Part shown: in pieces, positions 1 to 9,818 of the stretch
Layout of the letters: each line of letters starts with the position of its first letter
Position numbering within the stretch: position 1 is the first letter of the stretch
Assembly: GCA_051294375.1 (NCBI GenBank)
Contig: JBJCIZ010000866.1
Span: 1 to 20,819 of the forward strand
Source: Paraspadella gotoi
Lineage: Eukaryota > Animalia > Chaetognatha
Direction of reading: 5' to 3'
Length of the DNA stretch: 20,819 nucleotides
Notes under the pieces: model-generated
Seen by the model: the letters and a program-made list of their open reading frames with translations, nothing else
The model's database searches: none
Told to the model about the DNA's origin: nothing
Position numbers and translations under genes: made by a program

Positions 1-190
1 TCTCTCTCTCTCTCTCTTTCTCTCCCTCTTTCACTCATACTCCCATTTGTTTGTTTTATTTATGAATGATTCATTGCGTCAATGAATGACTATCATCGTA
101 TTAATGAATGATTATCATCACATCAATGAATTACTATCATCGCATCACTCATTTAGTTATTATCACATCAATAATTTGGTTACAATTGAA
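1..190 (+). mobile_element. 3' part of a Helentron/DINE-1-like element (family B): (CT)n followed by a 22-bp tandem array
   Basis: Aligns by eye with ~16975-17160 (CATTTGTTTGTTTTATTTA...GCGTCAATGAATGACTATCATCG...ATCAATAAT(T)TGGTTAC), which lies inside the family B element. Confidence 0.7.
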
Positions 191-420
191 ACATTCTTTG
201 AAATATTTTCCACTTCATTGATAGGGAAGCTAGGTACTCTGGGAGTGAATAAACGGGACTGTGAGAGAGTCTTGATTGAAAGCTTGCAGGGACCTGCTAT
301 GTCATTATCTTGTAAGAGTGATGGAGGCCTTAAACCACCAAAGCCTGTCCAAAGTCAGGGGCAAGATAGCTTATTTATTAAATGAATAGATAATTTTTAT
401 ATTTGTTGTACCAATTTCAT

Positions 421-662
421 ATATCTTTTCTCCAAATAACTATTGTCGGTTTTTTTTTTAAATATCAACCTTTTTAAAATAACTTTTCTCCAAATAACTA
501 TTGTATATATTGTTTTTTAAATATTTTTTTTAAATATCATTTCTCCAAATAACTATTGTTGGTTTTTCTTTTTAAATATCATCATTTTTTAAAATATCAT
601 TTCTCCAAATAACTATTATTAGTTATTTTTACTTCAAACTATCATCATTTTTTAAATATCAT
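421..662. repeat. Minisatellite, ~57-60-bp unit, about 4 copies
   Basis: TTTCTCCAAATAACTATT recurs at ~427, ~485, ~540 and ~600, each followed by T-runs and AAATATC-like sequence. Confidence 0.9.
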
Positions 663-689
663 TGAAGAGATTCCTTGGGTTTATTTCAG

Positions 690-1485
690 CTTCAGATGAG
701 AACACTGTTTGAGCAGTGTTTAATCTCGACTTTATGGCAACAGCCGGGTTGCCTGTGATGCCCATTGGCATGGGGCATCCACTCGTTGGCTTTGGGCTTC
801 CGACCCTCAGTGACGGCCTCAGTCAACTTGGAGCGTCTACCCCTAGGACGGTCTTGCTTTGCGCAACGCAGAGGGGGAAGTCCGTTAGGACTGTGGATGA
901 CACACTAATTGGGATGGTGTGTATCCCCTCTGAAAGCAATGGATTTGGCCTGAAGAGTGGAGTGAGGCAGTGTGAACCTATACCGCCACGGATCTCGGGG
1001 TTCAAGAACAATCACTCAGGTCCTCAAGCCTGAGAGGTGTCTGGACAAGACTGCTACCTCGTGGAGAAAGAGAGACAAGCCGAGTTGTGGTTGCAATATA
1101 GGCGTAGTCGCTAGCGACCCCAGGGGCATAGCGTTTGTCACGTAGCTACCGAACGTCAGCAGGGCATAGGCGTTTTCATATCGTACCATGAAGTTGCGTG
1201 TTCGTATAAGTGAGCTCACCATTTATGGCAAACCGGGTTGCCATGTGAATGACCCATTACGATGGGGCATCTCACTGTTGGCCTCGAGGGGCTTCAGACC
1301 TCAGTGACGCCTCCAGCTCACTGGCCGGATCTACCCTAGACGGTCTCGCTTCGCCAAGGCAGTGGATCGTTAAGACTGTGGATGGAACACTACAGCTTGG
1401 ATGGTGTCGTTCCCCCTCTGAAGCAATGGATCTTGGATGAAGGACGAAGTGGACGTGAGGCAGGCAGTGTAATATACCGCGCACA
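690..1485. repeat. GC-rich tandem/direct repeat (~490-bp period) rich in short hairpins; unclassified
   Basis: 731-~990 and 1222-~1485 are collinear (TTTATGGCAA..CCGGGTTGCC, GGGGCATC, CCTCAGTGACG, TCTACCC..TAG..ACGGTCT, GACTGTGGATG, CCCCTCTGAA..GCAATGGAT, GGCAGTGT..TATACCGC) but differ by many indels. Confidence 0.8.
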
Positions 1486-1745
1486 AGCATGATAATTAAC
1501 TCAATGCCAAATACCAAACGATAGCAAATAAATTAAGTAACTTCATTAAAACTATCTCAATATCCAAACATCATTAGAAACAAGTCAGCCGCAGCGAAGT
1601 GATAAGTTGCATAGCCAAGACGCAGAAACAGCAGAGCCCAGACGCAGAATCAGCTCAAAAATAAATAAAAATTTTAAATTAATTAACATATTCAAGTAAA
1701 ATTTGAAATTGGGGACGTTGACGATGTGATCGGGTCATTGACCTG

Positions 1746-1951
1746 TCATAGGCTGAGAAGATATTTTTGTAGAGTTCGACACCCTGGAATCGGGTAGTGA
1801 TCCACTTGGGAAGATGCCAAGTGCCACTCGAATATCTCTTTGGCCTCATAGGCCTGCCGACTGCCCTCCTCTCTCCTGCCGGTGAGGTGGGCGATTGCCT
1901 GTTCTTGCCTGCTTGGGTGCAGGAGATACGGACTCCTCTCCTTCCTCCTAT
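1746..1951 (-). other. Possible terminal exon or coding remnant of unknown product
   Basis: GC-rich island preceded on the minus strand by a pyrimidine tract and AG (TTTTCTCTCTTTTCGTTGTTCAATAAG); one frame reads DRRKERSPYLLHPSRQEQAIAHLTGRREEGSRQAYEAKEIFEWHLASSQVDHYPIPGCRTLQKYLLSL*. No recognised domain. Confidence 0.25.
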
Positions 1952-2633
1952 CTTATTGAACAACGAAAAGAGAGAAAATACACAATAACTAATTTAAAAA
2001 AATAGGAGACATTTAATAATATGGTTTTATATATATATTATATAATATATATATATGTAAGATTCGATCCAGGCTTCTTCATTTTCACAGCAGAAGAGGC
2101 ACAAAGAATCGCCAATTAACATTTTTGATTAATTCAACTTTAAACAAACATAAGAAATATAAAAGATTTATCAAAGTCAAAAAAGAGTCATCTCCGGGAC
2201 TAATAAGTCACGATCTGTGACTAAATCGTTTTCGACATCTCACTACCTTACATTAGATATTCAAATACGTTAACTATTATAACATGATAGTATAATCATG
2301 TTAAGAAAAATGAGCATCATAATCATTTATATATTTACTAGATCGTCAATTGACCTGATTTTAAGCTTTTCATCACTATCCAAATTAAACTTATTTAATT
2401 TTTTTTCAGGTAAGTATGACAGAATTTTAATCGTCAAATACTTTATGTATTTCTTACCATTTTGACCCTTTTATTATGCATTCAGAAATCTTACATGATT
2501 AACTTAATTATCTGATAATATCATTAATAATTTTTTTGATAAAAGTAAGTTTTAGTAAATATGAAACCAAAATAGTAACTTACCCGAACCTTACCTGCTT
2601 ATTTAAAAATTTTTTAAACCAAAATGCAATGTA

Positions 2634-3250
2634 CACTAAGGCATAGTAAAATTTCTAAATTTAACTTTAATTAAAATTCTAAAAGTGAGGAACGAACAAC
2701 ATTATACTAATGAACATTTATGTAATAAAAAAATTTTAATAAATTTTACAATTTACACAGTAGGCTATATTTATATTAGTACTAAACCAATAAATGTTAA
2801 AATTTCAAAACAGTTTTTTCTAAGATTTTTTTGCAGATTTGGATTCGTCATAAAAAGTTGATAAAAAGAAAGATAATTCTTTTTTAAAAATTCTTTCATT
2901 AAGTGGGTCAAATTAGAAAAAGCTATATTTTAAGCTGAAAATTAACTTTTTATATATTAAATATAGTTTTTTAAATTTTTAACCCACTTAATGAAAGAAT
3001 TTTTAAAAATGATTTATTTTTTCTTTTATCAACTTTTGACGAGGAATTCAAATCTGCAATCAAAATTAAGAAAAGCCTATTTTGAAATTTTTTGATTTTA
3101 TAAGGACAGTACTATATATAAAAATAGTCTACTGCGAAAATTAAAAAAAACATAAAATAAATTTTTTTTACAAATTAATGTTCACTGATGGTATGTTGTT
3201 CATAATTGACTTTTAGAATTCTCGTATGTAACTTTCACTACGCCTTAATG
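2634..3250. mobile_element. Palindromic (foldback) MITE, probably Tc1/mariner-derived, with TA target-site duplication
   Basis: The whole element is an imperfect inverted repeat centred near 2943: ends TA|CACTAAGGCATAGT ... ACTACGCCTTAATG|TA; inner arms include AAAAATTCTTTCATTAAGTGGGT / ACCCACTTAATGAAAGAATTTTT and GCAGATTTGGATTC / GAATTCAAATCTGC. Confidence 0.8.
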
Positions 3251-3549
3251 TACACCTTGCCAAAAGAATTATTATACTATAAATGAGTATTTCTAAAAGA
3301 TATTTTTAACTGTTATGTAATCTTAAAATGAGATTAAATAATAAGTTTTCAAACATTTTTCTTCCAAACCGCGCGGAGAAAATCGAGCAGTTGCCTTTGC
3401 TGCATCAAAATAAGCATTATATTAAAGAATTTCAAAAAGATTAAAATATCGTCTAAAAGCTATGAGAGAGTATAATACAAATATTTATTCAGATTTTAAA
3501 AATCATTACAAAGTTTTAGAGTAATGATTTTTAATATTTTGTCTCGAAT

Positions 3550-3742
3550 AATCAGTTAATTAATCAATTAGTCAATTAATTAATCAATAATTAATTAATC
3601 AGTCAATTAATCAATCACAACAAACATTTCAAATCAAATTAGTTAATTACCTAATTAATTAATTAACCTGAATTAATTATTTAATTATGAATTAGTTAAT
3701 TATTTATTAATTATTTAACTTGAATTAGTTAATTATTAATTA
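3550..3742. repeat. Degenerate AATT/AATC/AGTT tetranucleotide low-complexity tract
   Basis: Runs such as AATTAATCAATTAGTCAATTAATTAATCAAT. Confidence 0.85.
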
Positions 3743-4090
3743 CCGATAATAATCGTGGGCCGATCCGACATTGTTTGCTCAAACTCGTTTTTAAATAAGT
3801 TTAACAATAAACCTAAAGAACCATTGTTGATCTCCAATTTCTGAAACTTTTAGTAAAATTGGTCCACTGGCTTTTACGTTGCACTTTTTTTTTATTTTTA
3901 TATATGATTTGAGAATTATTTTCGGTATTTGTTTTTTCTTTTAATTGAAAGAATTAAACTAGATACCTCACTCGAGAGGTAATATCAGTTTATTTTTTTA
4001 TATATTTTTATGCCGTTCCCTGGAGGATGATATCAATATTCACTTACAAAAAAAAGTGGAGGACGGAATTTTTAGTGAAAAGAATTCGAA

Positions 4091-5095
4091 ACCAAAGTAA
4101 AATGAATGTGAATTTATTTTAGTGTAACATCGAAGGGGAAAATGCGTGCGAGAGTAAAATAACAATGACTTTTATATGAACTACTTTGTTTACCAAAGTA
4201 GGAATGTGAAAGGGAAGGAAATTTTAGGCGGAGAAATATTATTGACATTTTTGCAATTTACAGAATTCTTTCTCACGAACTTCACTCGGCCATGCTACTA
4301 AAATTCCAAAAAAAAAATTTCTTAATTGTTACTATAAATTCACTCAGGGTTAAAAAAACAAAAATTTTTTAAGCCAAAATAACACTATAAAATTCACAAG
4401 GATAGACAATAATTGTAATGGTCAAGGTAATCGCGAATATATAAAAGGGAATTAATTTCAAGTAAAGCTAAATAATGCAAAAATATCAAAATGAAATATA
4501 ATAATAATTTAGCTAAATATATGGTAGCGTTGGTAAATCACTTGAAAATTCAAGCGGAGTTTAATTACGAAGTTCTGATTTATGAATCACGAAAGACATC
4601 CAGTTTGTGATGAAGTTGATAGCACCCATGAACACTGTGAACACTGAACAGCACAAAACGATGAGCAAACATTTAGACTTTGTAAAGAGTGATGACATAG
4701 CATCGTGACGCAGATCCTCTGTGGCGTAGGAGTCATAACCAGGGCTGATTTTCCAGTACATGTACAAGTGACTACTGGTGCATGTTGCCGCAAACGCAAA
4801 CATGATTCACTGGTCTCAAACATCGCCCCTCCCATCGCCGATCCACATGGTCTTTTTGGCGTACAAAACTTGCCCATAGAACGTGACGCTGGCGTGCCCA
4901 TAGATGACAAACTTTCACCGCAAAAATTTGATGTCGTTTTTAAGTTGGCAGAAACTTCAACGAAGCAGGAGTACCAAAGTAAAATGAATGTGAATTTATT
5001 TTATTGTAACATCGAAGAGTAAAATGCGTGCGAGAGTAAAATAACAATGACTTTTTTTTCTACTTTGTTTACCAAAGTAGGAATGTGAAAGGGAA
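4091..5095. repeat. ~125-bp direct repeats (4091-4216 and 4973-5095) bracketing ~755 bp
   Basis: Both copies read ACCAAAGTAAAATGAATGTGAATTTATTTTA..GTAACATCGAAG...AAAATGCGTGCGAGAGTAAAATAACAATGACTTTT...CTACTTTGTTTACCAAAGTAGGAATGTGAAAGGGAA with few differences. Confidence 0.9.
4561..4968 (-). pseudogene. Coding-like fragment with four in-frame TGA codons; C-terminus hydrophobic (possible membrane protein)
   Basis: Frame of ORF 4561..4803 extended upstream: LLR*SFCQLKNDIKFLR*KFVIYGHASVTFYGQVLYAKKTMWIGDGRGDV*DQ*IMFAFAATC...LLIVLCCSVFTVFMGAINFITNWMSFVIHKSELRN*. GC content is higher than the flanks. Family not recognised, and overlapping frames are also open. Confidence 0.35.
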
Positions 5096-5269
5096 TAATT
5101 TATATTACTACAATGGATTCCGAGATATAATCATAAACGTGAGCCTTGAAGGATAAAAAATTTCAGAATAAAATATTCGAGTTTCTTAGATTTTTGACGC
5201 GCTAGTAAAACTATTTAAAAAAAAAAAGAAAACGTTTTGCTGATTTCTTCCAGCGTAATCCATAAATGA

Positions 5270-5302
5270 GTAAGACGGAAGTAAGACGGAAGTAGGACGG
5301 AA
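5270..5302. repeat. 11-bp tandem repeat x3 (GTARGACGGAA)
   Basis: GTAAGACGGAA GTAAGACGGAA GTAGGACGGAA. Confidence 0.9.
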
Positions 5303-5780
5303 TAGGATAAATTGAGATACTCCCGCTCTTCCAAAATGTTTATTTAACAAAGATTTGTACTACATAGTTCATATCCTTAGTCATCTAACATTAAAAAAAA
5401 GTTATTTTCTTGAACTTAAACTTTTGAAAGAAAATATGTATGAAAGTGGGTTAGGTATCAAATTAAAGCCCTAATCATAGGACACCTTTCTATTTTTTTG
5501 CGTTTAAAATTTCAATGAAGACATTAATTTTTTTGTTTTTCTTTCGTAATTTGAAAAAGGAAAAACTAAATTACATTTTGATTACCCTTAAATTTTTTCT
5601 ACTCCATAAATTTGCTTGTATTTTTTAGTTAAATTAAAAATCAACCAAAAATTCATGAAGTGTCTGGATAAAATGTCTTTTATATTATGAAAAATGATAA
5701 ATACAAAGATTGATATAAACAGTAGAGCGTTCAAATATAACAAAATCTAAGATATTAAATTCCATTCATAATTATTTTAC

Positions 5781-6657
5781 TGTAATAAGGTCTGAAGAAT
5801 TCGATGGTGATGACAATTTTTTTGTATAACTTCATCTTTCTTGTCGGAAATGACGATTTTTAATGTATATAAAATGCTAATAAAATAGGGCAAACCTTGT
5901 AAGTTATGATAAATCAAATTATTATTTTTTTTAAAATTTACATGAGCTTTTGAAATATAAAAATAAAGACCTATAAAAATATTTTGGTAAATTTATTTTT
6001 CAATTTTAGGTTTTATTAAAAGTTAGTTAACTATATTTATTAACAATTATGAATAAAAATTAGGCTAAAGTTAAAAAATAATAAATTAAAAAATTTTATC
6101 CCGGATTCGCATTCCTTGCAAAAAGTTGATATAAGAAAATATAATTTTTATTAAAAAAATATATCATTAAGTTAGTGAAAATTTTGAAAAACTATAATTT
6201 TAAGCCAAAAATGGTAAAATTAAACCAAAAATTCATAGTTTTTAACATTTTTAACCAACTTAATGAAAGAAATTTGTTAAAATGGATTTTACTTTCTTAT
6301 ATCAACTTTTTGAAAGGAATTCAAATCCGGTTTTACAAATTCAAAATATTTATTTTTTCACTTTAGCCTATTTTTAACTATTAATTATTTAATAAATATA
6401 GCTAACAAGCTGTTAATAAAATATAAAATTTTTAAATAAATTTACCGAAATATTTTATGGGTCTTTATTTCTTTTATTACTATAGCTAAAAATGACTTTT
6501 ATAAAAATTTTAATAATTTTAGTTTCCCATACTCTAACAATGGTTGCGCCATTTTAATAGCAAATATATGCTTCAAAAATCTCCATTGGCGACAAGGAAG
6601 ATGAAACAATACCAAAAAAATAGTTTATCATCATTGAATTCTTCAGACCATATTACA
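5781..6657. mobile_element. Long palindromic (foldback) element related in its core to 2634-3250
   Basis: Arms TGTAATAAGGTCTGAAGAATTCGATGGTGAT / ATCATCATTGAATTCTTCAGACCATATTACA; AAATAAAGACC..AAAATATTTTGGTAAATTTATTT / AAATAAATTTACCGAAATATTTT..GGTCTTTATTT; AAAAAGTTGATATAAGAAA / TTTCTTATATCAACTTTTT. Centre near 6215. Confidence 0.8.
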
Positions 6658-8783
6658 TAATATTAGGACTAAGCTCTGACGAACAAAGCCGCGAGATTTT
6701 TTTAATATATTCTTATACCAGCCAAGGGCTAGAATGAATGACAATATTGTTAATATTAAGTTTCAAAGAAATCTCGACCATAAATATAGAAATATTAAAC
6801 CAAAATCTTTCGCGAAAATCACCCCCTTCCTTGGAAGATTTTCGCCATAGAAGATTTTTCCCGATTTGACTCCGGTTGGAAAACTCCTTAAGAATTCCGA
6901 TCGTATAGCTCCTCTTTTACTTTTACTTTAAATAAAAATTTTTACCAAAAGACTAATTCACTTTACCATGATCCATATTATTATCAAAAATAAACTAAAT
7001 TGTAAAGAAAAATTTTGAGAGCCCTTTGGACACTTTGTCAAAGGATTCCAAAATTAGCCCTCATTTTTGTTGAACAGAACATACCTCAGTCACGTTTATA
7101 TCGTGTTTCGAAAGGAAAAAAATCCCTTTCATTTCTATATAAAATCAGAGATGGAAAATTTTTCCGTCCAGAAGCAGTCTATTTGTTCTGGCTTGTTTGA
7201 TATCAAGCATTGTTGATGATTTGACAAGAGAAAAAAATGCGAGCCCTTCAGATGCAACGGATCGGAATCAAGTGTTTTTACAATCTGATATTTTACCGAG
7301 AATTTTTACCAGGAGCGTTATTATTGGTTTGGTAAGTCAGACTTGAACGAAAATCTCCATTGAAAAAGGTCCTTTCACTCGATCTTAAGAACGGCGTAGG
7401 ACCCTACATTAAAACAATAATGAATGAAATTAATATCTTTTATTTTGTTTATCTTTGAACGCTCTAATAAAGAATCTGGATGTCTAACTTCTTGTCTTGT
7501 GAAAAAAACGTTCATTTTTCATTATCTTCAAACTGCAAACAAAAAGTTTGACACACTGCTGTTTATTCATAATAAATTTTTTAAAAAAGACATAGCTGGC
7601 GACTTATTTGACAAAGCAAGACATCATTGTGTTTATTTGTATTGATAATTTTCTTTTAAATATAACAACCTTTATACGAGGAATTTAATTCTATTACTTA
7701 TCATCCATTTTAATTAAGAAAAATTCTTTCGCGGAATAGCCCATTGGAAAGGGTTCATTGATCAAATTTTTTAGGTTTTTTACTGCCCCCATTTCACAAG
7801 ACATAAAAGGTCATGATAAACATGTCAGTAGGTCGAGAGTATCAGTACCCTTTCTGCAACCTGTATTCCAAATTTTCTTTTTTTCCTTTTCAAATGTATT
7901 AAAAATTATTTGAGAGAACAATCGGCGTGGAGAATGCCATTGGTAAGCCTTAGTTGCCCCACTTCCCGATCGAATTTTTAAAAAAAGATTTAAAAAAAAA
8001 GCGTTTTCAAAAATTTTAGTTGAATGTCCTTGACAGCAATGAGGCAGAAAGGTAACCCCAAATTGACGTCAATCAAACATTAAACTTGCAATTAAAAATT
8101 AAAGTACACTTTGGAAGGCTTCATGTAAGATTTAAAACAATCAAATTAAAATTTTTAAAATTTGTGTGCAATACCCTACAAATTGTCTATATAATTTACA
8201 CAAAATTTGTTCTTCCATAAAACTAGATTTTAAAAAGCTCAATTTCTACAACTAAATTTTCAAGTTGAAACTAATTTTTTACAGTAAGCTCAATTTCTAC
8301 TTCTTGTAGTTTATTAAATGAATGGATAATTTTTATATTGGTTTTACCAATTTCATTTAATACTTTTTTTGGTACATACTCGGAGCTGTATCACTAATAA
8401 ATCTATACAAAACTACTTTATGCATTTGCCAGATGATTTTTTGTTCCTAGAAGTATAAAACTTTTCAAATTTATTTCATTTTCTCTTTTTACTTTATGTA
8501 AATGTTTATATCACTAAACAGCTGCCCCATTTAGTAAGGAATCTCTGCAAAAAAATCAAATCCGGATTAAAAAAAAATAAAAACAGTAAGACGTGTTTTT
8601 AGCACATTGGAGTTGAACGAACTCCATCATCACATCCCCTTTTTGTGTATGTTGTGGTGAATCTTGCAAGACTAATGAGTACAGAACTTAATTTAATGAA
8701 GAAAAGTTGAAAACGAGGAGTTGCAGCTCAAACCGTTGGACTAATCTTTTAGAAACAAAAACGGTATTTCAAATGTGTAGCGC

Positions 8784-8848
8784 CGTGACATGACATGACA
8801 TAACGTGAAATTACATAAAATGATGTGACATAACATGATTACATGACT
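8784..8848. repeat. Decayed pentanucleotide (ACATG/ACATA) microsatellite
   Basis: GTGACATGACATGACATAACGTGA...GTGACATAACATGATTACATGAC. Confidence 0.7.
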
Positions 8849-9017
8849 GAAATAACTTTTTTAGCCCGTATATTAATCACATGCACTGCATCAAAATTCT
8901 GTCTTTTATTTCTTTTTAGTTCTAGGATTTCCTGAAGGCGGCGCTTAAATTTGAGGTTTTTTCTGTCTGAACAAAAGAGCAACCAGCTAAAGGCGATTTA
9001 TATGCATTTTAACGTAA

Positions 9018-9123
9018 GTGGGACAGACCGACGGACAGACATACGCGGGACGGACCCAGACAGACGACCGAAAAGGTGACTTATAGAGGTTGCTCCGCGA
9101 GTACTCGCGGCGCAACCTAAAAA
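9018..9123 (-). mobile_element. 5' terminus of a Helentron/DINE-1-like non-autonomous element (family A)
   Basis: On the minus strand: TTTTT, then the palindrome AGGTTGCGCCGCGAGTACTCGCGGAGCAACCT (9087-9118, one mismatch), then CTATAAGTCAC and a degenerate (GTCY)n tract. This is the standard HINE/DINE-1 end layout. The other end was not located. Confidence 0.7.
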
Positions 9124-9275
9124 CGAACAAGCGCCTTTGGAAGAAATATAGTCCAACCAGGCGAATACATTTTCGGAAATCGTCAGGGTAGCTCTCGCTT
9201 TCGCGGTGCTAGCCTATTTAATAACTTTACCCTTACATTATAGTGTAAAATACCTTTTGTTTTGCTGGTGTTGTA

Positions 9276-9411
9276 GATTATACAGACAACGTTATAAATA
9301 TTTGCAACAACAATTTATTATTAAAGGACGAACATTTTTCTGCTCAAATTCGAGCCTTCATCAGCGCCAAAATGTTTTGTGAATTATTCAAAAATTTTTC
9401 ATTGAAAGGAG

Positions 9412-9452
<41 letters not shown>

Positions 9453-9531
9453 CGGGCAATGTTTCCAACATGAAACATGTTCGTCCTTTAATAATAAATT
9501 GTTGTTGCAAATATTTAAACTGTCTATAATC
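9276..9531. mobile_element. MITE-like element with 41-bp perfect inverted repeats enclosing (GA)n
   Basis: TAAATATTTGCAACAACAATTTATTATTAAAGGACGAACAT (9295-9335) is the exact reverse complement of 9477-9517; the arms extend imperfectly (GATTATACAGACA / TGTCTATAATC); (GA)n at ~9414-9450. Confidence 0.7.
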
Positions 9532-9818
9532 ATTAACCTACAAAAAAACTTCAAATAAGCCTAAAGAACAGAAATTGAAAAAAAAATTAATCCTTTTTTA
9601 TTACATTGTTTCTGGGTTATGATTTATTAGTTACTCTACTGTAGACAATTGTTCATTTGTGTTCTTGACTCATGCCAATCTGTAAATTATAATAAATAAT
9701 AAAATCATTAAAAATGTTTGTTCTTTGAAAATAATAAAGCTAGTAAGAAAGCTAGTAGGAAAGCACAGCCAATCCCGAGCTTTCCAAGACCCCTCCCGAT
9801 TTTGAGTGCAATCCCTAC

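Noticed and set aside
86-385. 99-aa ORF
   Set aside because: The first third is translated 22-bp tandem repeat; the remainder has no recognisable motif.
1030-1070. Hammerhead-like CTGA-GAG...stem...GAAA and HDV-like CCTCGTGG
   Set aside because: The core lacks N7 and the spacing to GAAA is wrong, and no HDV P1/P2 pairing was found. Worth rechecking only on an error-corrected consensus.
1465-1480. GTATATTAC on the minus strand, identical to part of hairpin-ribozyme loop B
   Set aside because: Present in only one of the two copies, and I could not find the partner AGAAACA strand or a properly paired loop A.
716-1517. Several overlapping ORFs in the GC-rich repeat
   Set aside because: The two repeat copies do not preserve any reading frame; open frames are expected at this GC content.
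6175-7645. Short AT-rich ORFs (6175-6366, 7015-7200, 7424-7645)
   Set aside because: Low-complexity K/F/I/N/L translations of palindromic or AT-rich non-coding repeats.
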